DNA from: Candidatus Deferrimicrobiaceae bacterium
GTDB lineage: Bacteria; Desulfobacterota; Deferrimicrobia; Deferrimicrobiales; Deferrimicrobiaceae
DNA: 48,988 bases
Direction: 5' to 3'
NCBI GenBank assembly: GCA_049688015.1
Contig: JBAVJZ010000018.1
Span: forward strand, 1-48,988
Shown here: positions 36,405-45,301 of the stretch, in pieces
Layout: every line of letters begins with the position of its first letter
How positions within the stretch are numbered: position 1 is the stretch's first letter
Made by a program: the position numbers and the translations under genes
Notes under the pieces: generated by a model
The model's database searches: none
What the model was told of the DNA's origin: nothing
What the model saw: the letters and a program-made list of their open reading frames with translations, nothing else

Positions 36405-38579
36405 TTACTCGATATCGACATCGGTTCGGTCCGGGTCGGCCACCGGATACCGTTCCGTCAGGATACTTTCCCGCTCCCCCGGCAGCGAATGCCAGATCTC
36501 TTCGGTGAGAAACGGCAGGAAGGGGTGGGATAACCTGAGAATCATCTCGAATACGTACAACAGCACTGCGCACTGACGCTCCCGCATCTCCGCGGGCGCA
36601 TCCGGCTGGAGCGAGGGCTTGATCATCTCCAGGTACCAATCGCAGAACTCGTGCCAGGTGAACTGGTAGAACGCCGAACTCGCCTCGTTGAATCGATACT
36701 CCTCGATTCCTTTCCGGATCTCGTCGATTACCCGCTGCAGGCGGGACAGGATCCAGCGGTCCGCGGCGGACTGCTCCGAAGGGAGGGCTCTCACGGTGTT
36801 GTCGTCCGCGTGCATCCGGACGAACCTGCCTGCCTGGAAAAGCTTGTTCATGAAGTTTCGGTACCCTTCGAGGCGTTCGTCGGACATCCGGATGTCCCGG
36901 CCCTGGGCGGCGAGCGCAAGGAGCGTGAACCGAAAAGCATCGGTTCCATAGCGCTCCATCAGGTCGAGCGGATCGATGACGTTGCCGCGGGTCTTGCTCA
37001 TCTTCTCCCCTTTCGGATCCCGGACGAGCGCATGGATCACCACGTCGCGGAAGGGAGCCTTCCCCGTGAACTCGATCCCCATCATCATCATCCTTGCTAC
37101 CCAGAAAAAAAGGATGTCGAACCCCGTGACGAGCGCGGAGGTGGGGTAATACCGGGAAAGATCCTCGGTCCGGTCCGGCCACCCCAGCGTCGAGAAGGGC
37201 CACAGCCCGGAGGAGAACCACGTGTCCAGCACATCCTCTTCCCGGTGGAGGTTGTCCGACCCGCAGGAAGAACACCGGTCCGGCGCGTCGACTTCCACCA
37301 TCGTCAGCCCGCAGGCGGTACAGTGGTAGGCGGGAATCCGGTGCCCCCACCAGATCTGGCGGGAAATGCACCAGTCCCGGATGTTCTCCATCCAGTCGAA
37401 ATAGGTCCGTTCCCAGTTCGGTGGAATGATCCGGGTCTCTCCCGACCGAACGGCGCGGATCGCGGGTTCGGCAAGGGGTTTCGTCTTGACGAACCACTGG
37501 ATGCTTTCGGTGGGTTCGACAACCGTCTTGCACCGATAGCAATGGCCTACGTTGTGGAGGTACTGCTCCTCCTTGATGAGGATCCCTTCTTTCCGTAGGC
37601 ATTCGAGAACCGCTTCGCGGCAGGCAAACCGGTCCATTCCCGTGAACGACCCGGCCTCGTCCGTCATCATTCCCGCATCGTCGATAACCCGTACAGCGGG
37701 CAGACCATGCCGTTTTGCCACCTCGAAGTCGTTCGGGTCATGCGCAGGCGTGATCTTCACGGCGCCGGTTCCGAATGCGGGGTCCACCATCTCGTCGGAA
37801 AGCAGGGGGATAGGGCGGTTCATGAGGGGAAGACGCAACGTCACGCCGATCCTGCCCGCGTATCGCTCGTCCCCCGGGTGCACTGCCACCGCAGTGTCTC
37901 CCAGCATCGTTTCGGGGCGGGTCGTTGCCACCACCACGCTTTGCGTCCCCGAAAGCTCCGGATACCGGATGTAATACAGCCCCCCTTTTGTCTCCACGTG
38001 CGCAACCTCGAGGTCAGAGAGCGCCGTATGGCACCGGGGGCACCAGTTGATGATGTAACGGCCGCGATAGATGAGCCCCTTGCGGTGAAGCAGAACGAAT
38101 GCTTCCCGTACCGCGCGGGACAATCCCTCGTCCATCGTGAACCGCTCCCGGCTCCAGTCGCATGCCGCACCCAGCCGCTTGAGCTGATTCAGGATGGCCC
38201 CGCCGCTTTCCTCCTTCCACTTCCAGACCCGTTCCTCGAATTTTTCCCTCCCCAGCGACTGCCGGTCGACCCCCTCGCCCGCGAGCAGGCGCTCGACCAC
38301 GTTCTGGGTGGCGATTCCCGCGTGATCGGTTCCCGGGAGCCAGAGCACGTTTTTTCCGAGCATCCGGTGGTAGCGGATAAGTACGTCCTGGAGAGTCACG
38401 TTGAGTGCATGCCCCATGTGAAGAGAGCCGGTGACGTTCGGGGGCGGGATGACAATACAGTAGGAATCGCCCGGAGAGGCGGGATCCGCACGAAAGAGGG
38501 ACAGCTCTTCCCAGTAGCGGTACCACTTCGACTCGGCAACGGCCGGGTCGTACGATTTTTCCTGATCCCTAGCTTCCAT
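36405..38579 (-). CDS. valS: Valyl-tRNA synthetase, main body (truncated by an in-frame TAA at 36407..36405)
   Basis: HIGH-type PPPNVTGSLHMGH, KMSKS-type KMSKT, and a CP1 editing region. The ATG at 38579 (MEARDQEKSYDP...) preceded by GAGG is preferred over the TTG at 38594. Confidence 0.9.
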   Translation of the reverse strand: MEARDQEKSYDPAVAESKWYRYWEELSLFRADPASPGDSYCIVIPPPNVTGSLHMGHALNVTLQDVLIRYHRMLGKNVLWLPGTDHAGIATQNVVERLLAGEGVDRQSLGREKFEERVWKWKEESGGAILNQLKRLGAACDWSRERFTMDEGLSRAVREAFVLLHRKGLIYRGRYIINWCPRCHTALSDLEVAHVETKGGLYYIRYPELSGTQSVVVATTRPETMLGDTAVAVHPGDERYAGRIGVTLRLPLMNRPIPLLSDEMVDPAFGTGAVKITPAHDPNDFEVAKRHGLPAVRVIDDAGMMTDEAGSFTGMDRFACREAVLECLRKEGILIKEEQYLHNVGHCYRCKTVVEPTESIQWFVKTKPLAEPAIRAVRSGETRIIPPNWERTYFDWMENIRDWCISRQIWWGHRIPAYHCTACGLTMVEVDAPDRCSSCGSDNLHREEDVLDTWFSSGLWPFSTLGWPDRTEDLSRYYPTSALVTGFDILFFWVARMMMMGIEFTGKAPFRDVVIHALVRDPKGEKMSKTRGNVIDPLDLMERYGTDAFRFTLLALAAQGRDIRMSDERLEGYRNFMNKLFQAGRFVRMHADDNTVRALPSEQSAADRWILSRLQRVIDEIRKGIEEYRFNEASSAFYQFTWHEFCDWYLEMIKPSLQPDAPAEMRERQCAVLLYVFEMILRLSHPFLPFLTEEIWHSLPGERESILTERYPVADPDRTDVDIE

Positions 38580-38688
38580 GCGTGTTCGCCTCAATACCCG
38601 TATAATTCGCGGGAGGGCCGGAGTCGTACCGGTCTTCCCGCGAGCGATTTTTCCTTGCGGTAGGGGTTCGCCTCCCGGCGGGGTGACT

Positions 38689-39891
38689 TCAGGAAGATTC
38701 CTTCCCGGCTTGCTCGCGTATCCGGGCGATCTCCTCCCGGATAAGCGCTTCCGTGGTGGCCGGAACCACCTCCCACACCACGGCCTCCACGGACTCCCGG
38801 ATCCTCTCGGTGAACTCCTTCGTGAGGTTCTCCATCATTTCCCACATGACCTTTTCCACGATTTCCCCTGCCACCTTCTCGAAGATCTCCTGCGCCCGTG
38901 CGGCGAACAGTTCCCGGAATTCCGCTTCTCCGGGAAGTGGTCCCGGGGGGGGGGAAGAGGACGAATTCTCGGGTACCGCATCGGCGGATACGTTTTCCGA
39001 AGCAACGAAAGGAGGGGAAACCATTGTTTCTTCCGGAGGAACCAACTCGGAAACCTCGCCTTCCGGCACTTCTATTCCTTCCAGCAAATCGATCTCCTCC
39101 AGATCCTCGACCTCCTCGATCGCCGGAGTGATATCGGTGACGGCGCCCGGTGAGTCGTCGAACCCGAGATCCCCGATGTGCTCTTCCGTCAGGAATATCT
39201 GTTCCTTCTCCCCCTCGGAAGGGTCGGTCTCGTTCGACTCTTCCTGCCCTATGGCATCCGGTTCCGTGGGTATCTCCTCCCTTTCCGTTTCCCCCTCGAT
39301 ATCCTCGAGGGACACATCGAAATCTCCCAGAGACAAGGTGCCCTCGACGCCTCCGGCGGAAGTTGTCGCCATTCCGGCAAGATCTTCCTCACCCGCCACC
39401 CGGGTCCCGGAAGGTGTCCCCGCATCCTCCTCCATTTCGCTCAAAACATCGCTGAAATCCCAGGGTTCCTCCGCGGAAGAGGAGACATCTTCCTTGTCCT
39501 CGGGCACCGGAGCAGGCTCTTCCTTGCCCCGGAGCAGGGTTTCTACCTTGTCAATCAGTTCCTGGGATTCGAATGGCTTGAACAGGACCCCGGCCGCCCC
39601 ACAACTCTGAAACCTCTCCTCGTTGAAGGGAGCCAGCGTCCCGGCGAGGACGAGCACGGGGATCGGCGGGCTCGTCTCGCCCCCCCCCAATTCGGCGGCC
39701 ACATCGAACGCGTCCTTCCCAGGGAGGGACACATCGGCAACCACGAGGTCGGGGGAGATCTCCTTCGCAAGCCGGATCGCGTCGTTCCCGTTGTCGACCA
39801 CGGTGAGAGAGATTCCGGTTTGCTTCAGAGAAAGTTCGAAAACTTTCTGGATGGTGAGGCTGTCCTCAGCGAGCAGTAGCTTGGCGGCCAT
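38689..39891 (-). CDS. Response-regulator receiver protein with a long acidic low-complexity linker and a helical C-terminal domain
   Basis: N-terminal REC domain (LLLAEDS..., ...DLVVADVSLPGKD..., ...VLFKPF...), then about 180 aa rich in D/E/S/P, then a C-terminal helical segment ...VAGEIVEKVMWEMMENLTKEFTERIRESVEAVVWEVVPATTEALIREEIARI. GGAGGGA SD upstream. Confidence 0.75.
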   Translation of the reverse strand: MAAKLLLAEDSLTIQKVFELSLKQTGISLTVVDNGNDAIRLAKEISPDLVVADVSLPGKDAFDVAAELGGGETSPPIPVLVLAGTLAPFNEERFQSCGAAGVLFKPFESQELIDKVETLLRGKEEPAPVPEDKEDVSSSAEEPWDFSDVLSEMEEDAGTPSGTRVAGEEDLAGMATTSAGGVEGTLSLGDFDVSLEDIEGETEREEIPTEPDAIGQEESNETDPSEGEKEQIFLTEEHIGDLGFDDSPGAVTDITPAIEEVEDLEEIDLLEGIEVPEGEVSELVPPEETMVSPPFVASENVSADAVPENSSSSPPPGPLPGEAEFRELFAARAQEIFEKVAGEIVEKVMWEMMENLTKEFTERIRESVEAVVWEVVPATTEALIREEIARIREQAGKESS

Positions 39892-39915
39892 AGTCCCTCC
39901 AAATTCTCCCTTATT

Positions 39916-42144
39916 TTAGAGAGAATCCGGAAGTTTTTCAACGAAAAGGAAGTCGATTTCCCCGCGGTCGACATCCGTCCGCCGCAATCGCACGAGCAGC
40001 CGGTCTCCCGGGGATAGCCTTCGCTTTCGAACGATGCCCTGCCACTCCCCCCGATCCGCTGCATAGCGATATTCGTCGTCCCGCAGGGTAGAGATCGCAA
40101 CGAACCCTTCCACAAAGCAGTCGTCGAGTTCCACGTAGAATCCGTACCCGGTGACGGAAGTGATGAACCCGGGAAACGTCTCTCCCGCCCGGGAGGAGAG
40201 ATACAGCGCTTTCGCACGCTGATCCAGATCGCGCTCCGCCTCCATTGCCTTTCGCTCCCGTCCGCTCAGGTGCGCCCCCATCTCCTGCCCGGAAGCAGAG
40301 ACTATTTTCACATAGGGGGCGTATTCCCTGTCCCCCAGCGACGCTTTGAGTACCCGGTGGAGGATGAGGTCGGGATAGCGGCGGATCGGAGAGGTGAAAT
40401 GGGTATACCGGGAGAGGGCGAGCCCAAAATGCCCTGCCGTCTCCGGGCCGTATCGCGCAAGCATCAGGCTGCGGAGCAGAAGCATGTTGATATGCCTCTC
40501 GTACTTCCCTCCGCGGGCCGCCGTGGCCCACGCTTGCAGGCGGGAGGAGATGTCCCGGTCCTTCGTCGATGGAACCGTCATGAGGATCCTCGCCGCGGCC
40601 TCCTCGAATTCCTCCACCCGGTCTTCCGCAGGCTGCTCATGGAGCCGGAAAAGGAGCGGCATGTTCCGGGAGGACAGGAACTCGGCCACCGCGGTATTCG
40701 CCAGAAGCATGAATTCCTCGATCAGCCGGTGGGATTCCCATCGGGGTACCCCTGCCACTCGCCGGGGGAGACCGTCCCGCACAAAGATCTTCGTCTCCGG
40801 GAGATCGAGATCCAGTGCTCCCCGGCCGAGGCGGGCACGCGTCAGCCGTTTCGCTACCATCTCCATTTGCCGGAGCATCTTCCCGATCTCCCCCCGGATT
40901 TTCTCCCGCCCCCTCCCGGTTCCTTGCCGGCCAAGGAAAGTATGCACGTCGTCATAGGTAAGCCGTGCCCTGCTCCGGATGACGGAGAGATAGAAGGAGG
41001 CCGGCTTCGGCCTCCCCTGCTCATGGAAGGGGATATCCACGGTGACCGTAAGCCGGTTGACCCCCGGCTTCAGGCTGCATACGCCTTCCGAGAGGGACGG
41101 AGGCAGCATCGGAATGCACCGGTCGGGGAAATATACGCTCGTTCCCCGTTCCCAGGCGTCCCGGTCGATGTGACCTCCCGCCGGGACGTAGTGGGAAACG
41201 TCGGCAATGGCGACGAGAAGGCGGTCGCGCCCCCGGTCGCGGACGAGGCACACCGCGTCGTCGAAATCCCTGGCGTCCTCCCCGTCGATCGTGACGAACG
41301 GCATCTCCCGCTGGTCGACCCGCGGAAGTCTATTCGATTCGCTTCCCTTCTTTTTTGCTCCCGCAAAGCGGACCGACGGCGGGATCCGACTCGCTTCCTC
41401 CATTGCCTCTTCGGAAAAAGCCGCAGGCAGACCCCTCGCCGATGTGACGGCAAGGGTCAGAGTCTCCATCGTGTGGCTCTCCCCGAGGAGACGCACAATC
41501 CTTGCGTGCCCTTCCTTTCCAGCCGAAGGGTATTCGGCGATTTCCGCCAGGACGAGCTCCCCCGGAACGGGATCAAGGCCGTCCGGCACCTCCGCGGGGA
41601 GAAGGAGATCCGCCTCACGGTCGCGTAAACGGATGAGCGGGCGTTTTCCTGCCGTGGTGTAACGGCCGACGAATTCCCTCATGCCCCGTTCTACGATGCG
41701 GATGATTCTCCCGTACGGGGGAGCACCCCCGCGGCGCTTCTCCAGCCGGACGAGCACGCGGTCCTTGGGCAGGGCACCGGATAGGGCGGTCCTGGGAATT
41801 CGGATCGCGGGTTCACCGGGAGAATCCGTGATGACGATGGATCTTCCCTCTCTCGTCATACGCAAGCGTCCTTCCCGCTGGACCTCCCTCCTTCCCTTTT
41901 CCCCTTCGTCTCTGCGCAGGTCGCGGAAGCCCGCCGCTTTCCCTCTTGCGGGCATGCGCGGGAACTTTCCACCTTTTTCCCGCCCTCTTCTCTCCCCGAG
42001 GCTTTTCAGCGCCGCCCGGAACCCCCTTCGTTCGCCCTTTGCGACGCCCGCAGCGCGGTACCAGTCCCGGATGGAGGACATGCGATCGCGCAGGCCGTCC
42101 GCGTTCTTACGCAGCCACGTTTCCCAGAACTCCTGGCGCCGCAA
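39916..42144 (-). CDS. rnr: Ribonuclease R (RNB family 3'-5' exoribonuclease with C-terminal S1 domain)
   Basis: 742-aa ORF. RNB catalytic region (...TIDGEDARDFDDAV..., ...HFGL....YTHFTSPIRRYPDL..) and an S1 domain (...FPGFITSVTGYGFYVEL...). TTG at 42144; the true start may be an internal ATG (MSSIRDW...). Confidence 0.88.
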   Translation of the reverse strand: MRRQEFWETWLRKNADGLRDRMSSIRDWYRAAGVAKGERRGFRAALKSLGERRGREKGGKFPRMPARGKAAGFRDLRRDEGEKGRREVQREGRLRMTREGRSIVITDSPGEPAIRIPRTALSGALPKDRVLVRLEKRRGGAPPYGRIIRIVERGMREFVGRYTTAGKRPLIRLRDREADLLLPAEVPDGLDPVPGELVLAEIAEYPSAGKEGHARIVRLLGESHTMETLTLAVTSARGLPAAFSEEAMEEASRIPPSVRFAGAKKKGSESNRLPRVDQREMPFVTIDGEDARDFDDAVCLVRDRGRDRLLVAIADVSHYVPAGGHIDRDAWERGTSVYFPDRCIPMLPPSLSEGVCSLKPGVNRLTVTVDIPFHEQGRPKPASFYLSVIRSRARLTYDDVHTFLGRQGTGRGREKIRGEIGKMLRQMEMVAKRLTRARLGRGALDLDLPETKIFVRDGLPRRVAGVPRWESHRLIEEFMLLANTAVAEFLSSRNMPLLFRLHEQPAEDRVEEFEEAAARILMTVPSTKDRDISSRLQAWATAARGGKYERHINMLLLRSLMLARYGPETAGHFGLALSRYTHFTSPIRRYPDLILHRVLKASLGDREYAPYVKIVSASGQEMGAHLSGRERKAMEAERDLDQRAKALYLSSRAGETFPGFITSVTGYGFYVELDDCFVEGFVAISTLRDDEYRYAADRGEWQGIVRKRRLSPGDRLLVRLRRTDVDRGEIDFLFVEKLPDSL

Positions 42145-42198
42145 CCGTATTCCCCCTTTCCGCTCCCACGGGATCCCACCGGCAGGGAAACTTTCCCG

Positions 42199-42226
42199 TT
42201 GCCCGCAGAACGACCTTTGCTATAAT
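42199..42226 (+). promoter_or_regulatory. Sigma70-type promoter for tRNA-Leu
   Basis: TTGCCC (42199..42204), 16-nt spacer, consensus TATAAT (42221..42226). The tRNA 5' end lies 22 nt downstream of the -10. Confidence 0.5.
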
Positions 42227-42247
42227 TCTATTTTCCGCGTTCCGGAT

Positions 42248-42334
42248 GCCGAAGTGGCGGAACTGGCAGACGCGCTAGATTCAGGGTCTAGTGTGGGCAA
42301 CCACGTGGGGGTTCAAATCCCCCCTTCGGCACCA
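42248..42334 (+). tRNA. tRNA-Leu, anticodon CAG, genomically encoded CCA
   Basis: 87 nt. Acceptor GCCGAAG/CTTCGGC, D-arm GCGGAACTGGCAGACGC, anticodon stem CTAGA/TCTAG with loop TTCAGGG (CAG), a long variable arm, T-arm GGGGGTTCAAATCCCCC, then A-CCA. Closely resembles E. coli tRNA-Leu(CAG) from memory. Confidence 0.92.
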
Positions 42335-42347
42335 AATAAGAATCAAA

Positions 42348-42381
42348 GGGTTACGTGATTTCACAACGTAGCCCTTTTTTC
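42348..42381 (+). terminator. Rho-independent terminator after tRNA-Leu (potentially bidirectional)
   Basis: GGGTTACG (42348..42355), an 11-nt loop, CGTAGCCC (42367..42374, one G-U pair), then T6. On the minus strand the same hairpin is followed by a T-rich tract (TTTGATTCTTATTT), which could stop the lipoprotein transcript. Confidence 0.65.
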
Positions 42382-42575
42382 TTGTCCGCTGTAGGATGTG
42401 CTAGTTTTGTGCGAGTTCCAGTCAGGAATATGTTCGATCGCACGTACGCGGCTCGGTATTCTCGCCATAGTCCACCTCATGCTGGTGGTCTGCCAAGTTA
42501 CTCCCGGGGAAGGTGGTGCAGGGAGATCCTCTTCTCGCTCGGCCGGCCTATCAATCCCCGGAATGTATATGCCAT

Positions 42576-43034
42576 CTATTCACACTCTTTATACTTCTCA
42601 TTTACCCACCTTTCGGCTAAGTGCGCATCTTTATCCCACCCAGGCTTGTTCCAATACGCTTCTACTTTCGTAGAATTATCTTTAATTGATGTAATATCAA
42701 AGGCACCAAATATGTGACGACTTGTAGAACCCAATACTTGATGACTTGAAGGACTATAAGCTCCAATTGTAACATAAGCGACCTTGACGCCTAGATACAG
42801 ATCGCCATCGGCAATAATTTGTACTCCCCCCGAAGTTGAAGATTGCCAGCATTCTCTAGATTGTTCTAATATGGTTTGATATACGTATTGATAGTTTTCT
42901 TTTGTATTAAATTCATATTTCCCAATGGAATTTTCTTTTAATCCTTGTATAACATTTGGCCTTGTTGCACATCCAGCCGAGCATATAAATATTATTAACA
43001 ACATCGTTGCGATATATATATATCTAGAACCCAT
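42576..43034 (-). CDS. Low-GC orphan lipoprotein (152 aa), unknown family
   Basis: MGSRYIYIATMLLIIFICSAGC-ATRP...: signal peptide plus lipobox (SAGC). GGAGGAGGA SD upstream. About 37% G+C by hand count over 42601..43020, versus about 63% in a sampled line of the adjacent kinase gene. The upstream part of the 245-aa track ORF was discarded. Confidence 0.7.
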   Translation of the reverse strand: MGSRYIYIATMLLIIFICSAGCATRPNVIQGLKENSIGKYEFNTKENYQYVYQTILEQSRECWQSSTSGGVQIIADGDLYLGVKVAYVTIGAYSPSSHQVLGSTSRHIFGAFDITSIKDNSTKVEAYWNKPGWDKDAHLAERWVNEKYKECE

Positions 43035-43101
43035 TTCCCCATCCTCCTCCCTCAACCTCAAGGTTGACTCGGGGAAAGTCCAGGCACCCGCCATCCCTCC
43101 G

Positions 43102-43791
43102 TCAGGTGGCCGGTACCCGCAAGGTGACGAGGCATCCTCTGCCGGTGAGGTTCTCCACGGTAATGTCCCCGCCCATCCCGGAAATGATATGGCGGGCCAC
43201 AGGCAACCCCATTCCCGAATGCAGGGACTCCGGTTTGGTGGTGAACCCCTCCTCGAATATCCGGGGCATGTTCCCCTGGGAAACCCCTGTCCCCTGGTCG
43301 GCAACGGTGACATGGCAGAACCCCTCCCGGACGGAAGTGCCCACGGTCAGCGTTCCCCCCCTCTCTGCCATCGCCTCTGCCCCGTTGAGAAGCACCGCGA
43401 GAAGAGCAAGCGCGTAATCTCTGCTGTCTCCCCGCATCCGCCCCGCTCCTTCCGTGGCAGGCATCACAAGGGTGACGTTGCCACGACCCAGGTCGTACCG
43501 CGAGAACAGGACGAGTTCCGAAAGGACGGTAGAAATGGAAAAGGATTCGGCAGCCGGCGCATGGGGCCGCACGTAGTGGGAAAACTGCTTGATGATCGCC
43601 GCGATCTTCTCCCCCGCCGACAGGATCTTCCCGGCGCCTTCAAGCGACTTTTTTTCTTCCACCCCCATGACCTGAAGAAGTTCCGCAAAACCGAGGACGA
43701 CGCTCAGGTGGTTGTCCACCTCATGGGATACCCCCATCACCATCCGGCCGAACAGGGCAAGACGGAACTGCTCGACTGTTTTCCTATCCAT
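43102..43791 (-). CDS. Soluble histidine kinase core (DHp + HATPase_c) with no sensor domain
   Basis: 229-aa ORF. H-box GVSHEVDNHLSVV, N-box LLNGAEAM, G1 DQGTGV, G2 GMGLPV. No TM or PAS/GAF region. The start overlaps the upstream GGDEF gene stop by 8 nt (ATGGATAG). Confidence 0.85.
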   Translation of the reverse strand: MDRKTVEQFRLALFGRMVMGVSHEVDNHLSVVLGFAELLQVMGVEEKKSLEGAGKILSAGEKIAAIIKQFSHYVRPHAPAAESFSISTVLSELVLFSRYDLGRGNVTLVMPATEGAGRMRGDSRDYALALLAVLLNGAEAMAERGGTLTVGTSVREGFCHVTVADQGTGVSQGNMPRIFEEGFTTKPESLHSGMGLPVARHIISGMGGDITVENLTGRGCLVTLRVPAT

Positions 43792-45088
43792 GGGGCGCTC
43801 CCGTCGGTTTTACCGCCTGGGCCTCCCCTCCCGCCACGACGACCCGGTTCTTTCCCTTTCGTTTGGCGAGGTACATGGCATCGTCGGCTGCCCGGATCAG
43901 GCTATCGATCTCGACACCGTGTTCGGGATAGGAGGATACGCCGATGCTCACCGTCATGCGTACCTTCCCCTGGCGGGTCTGCTCGATATTCTTCCGGATC
44001 CGCTCGGCCACGGAAACGGCTCCTATCGATTCGACCCGGTGGCGGAGGCGCTCGGCGGCGACCGCCCCCTGGGCGGACACGGACTCGGGAAGGATGATCG
44101 CGAACTCCTCCCCGCCATACCGGCATGCGATGTCCACCTCGTAGGAAAGCTTGTCATCGCTTCGCCGGATCTGGGCCTTCAGGATATTCGCAAGCGACCG
44201 CAGTTGGTCGTCCCCGGCGAGGTGGCCGAATTCATCGTTGTACTTCTTGAAGTCGTCCACGTCCAGGATGAGCAGGGAGAGCGTCCGCCCGTAACGTTTC
44301 GCTCGCTGGATCTCCGAATTGAACCGGTAGGTGAAGTAGCCCCGGTTGTACAGACCCGTCAGGCTGTCCCGGACCACCAACTCCCGCAGCCGGACCTCAC
44401 GGCGGCGGACTGTCTCCATCATGAATGCCGCCACGAACGCCACGCAGAAATTGGTGATGGTCACCCATGCCCACTTGAGCATCACGTACGAATAGGTTTG
44501 CTGGAGCAGGTTGTTCTCGAAGGGCATTCTCACCGATGGCAGAATCCGGTAGAACTCGAAGGTGAGAAGCCCCCCGAAGGCGATCGAGCTGGCGAGGGCG
44601 ATCGCGTAAGTATCCGACTTCTTGTCCATGATTAGGGCTGCCTCGAGAGTGAGGACCATGTACATGGTCCAGAACCAGGAAACCGCGCCTCCGCTGAAGT
44701 GGACCATCACCGTCACGATGAGGAGGTCGAAAAGAACCTGTACCTGGTTCAACGAACGGACCTGGACGAACCATCGGTAGCTGTACTGGAAAAAAGCGTT
44801 GTATGCGGCTACAAAAAGGACGGCGGCAAAAGGAGCAATCAGGTGGACGTACGTCAGGGACTCCACATCGGCGCTTTCGTCCTGGAAGAAGATATGGACG
44901 ACCAACCCGAATACGGAAAGGATCGCCAGGAGGATCCAGCGGGCCCGGATGACCAGCTCCACCCTCCTCCTGTTCTCATTCAGGAGCTCCAGCTCTTCGG
45001 TCGTGGGGACATCTCCGGAAAAAAACACCATCTTTTTCCCCTGCTCCCTGAGGAACTTCCCTAGCCGGGACATGCTCTCACTCGGCAT
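43784..45088 (-). CDS. Membrane diguanylate cyclase: about 6 TM N-terminal module + GGDEF (GGEEF)
   Basis: ...RDSLTGLYNRGYF...LLILDVDDFKKYNDEFGHLAGD...RYGGEEFAIILPE... Six hydrophobic helices precede it. The ATG at 45088, preceded by GGGAAGGA, is preferred over the track GTG at 45265. Confidence 0.85.
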   Translation of the reverse strand: MPSESMSRLGKFLREQGKKMVFFSGDVPTTEELELLNENRRRVELVIRARWILLAILSVFGLVVHIFFQDESADVESLTYVHLIAPFAAVLFVAAYNAFFQYSYRWFVQVRSLNQVQVLFDLLIVTVMVHFSGGAVSWFWTMYMVLTLEAALIMDKKSDTYAIALASSIAFGGLLTFEFYRILPSVRMPFENNLLQQTYSYVMLKWAWVTITNFCVAFVAAFMMETVRRREVRLRELVVRDSLTGLYNRGYFTYRFNSEIQRAKRYGRTLSLLILDVDDFKKYNDEFGHLAGDDQLRSLANILKAQIRRSDDKLSYEVDIACRYGGEEFAIILPESVSAQGAVAAERLRHRVESIGAVSVAERIRKNIEQTRQGKVRMTVSIGVSSYPEHGVEIDSLIRAADDAMYLAKRKGKNRVVVAGGEAQAVKPTGAPHG

Positions 45089-45301
45089 CGCGGTCCTTCC
45101 CGGAAAGATCCGGGAATTCCCGTTTTCCGGTGCCATATTCCGACTGCAGCTGTCCGTCCGTTTCGAAATTCCCCCGACTTCTCCAATTGTTCCCTGGTTC
45201 TTCCCAGGCCGGGAGACGACTCCTCCCGGGAGTGAACGGCGCACCCCCCGGTAGTCGTGCCTCACGGCGACGTGAGACCGACGGGACGCCCCGGGCAGTG
45301 A

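Noticed and set aside
36001-37602. 533-aa minus-strand ORF overlapping valS in another frame.
   Set aside because: It is an alternative frame of a gene whose own frame carries the HIGH/KMSKS motifs. Its composition is Arg/Gly/Pro-biased, so it is a high-GC frame artefact.
42381-42575. Searched the moderately GC-rich stretch between the tRNA terminator and the lipoprotein stop for an integrase remnant or an att repeat. TCAATCCCCGG at about 42551..42561 resembles the tRNA T-arm TCAAATCCCCCC.
   Set aside because: The match is only about 9-10 nt with a gap. None of the six frames gives a recognisable tyrosine- or serine-recombinase motif. This is not enough to call a mobile-element boundary.
42355-42717. 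120-aa and 91-aa plus-strand ORFs just after tRNA-Leu.
   Set aside because: They start inside or at the tRNA terminator hairpin, run antisense into the lipoprotein gene, have no SD, and have implausible composition.
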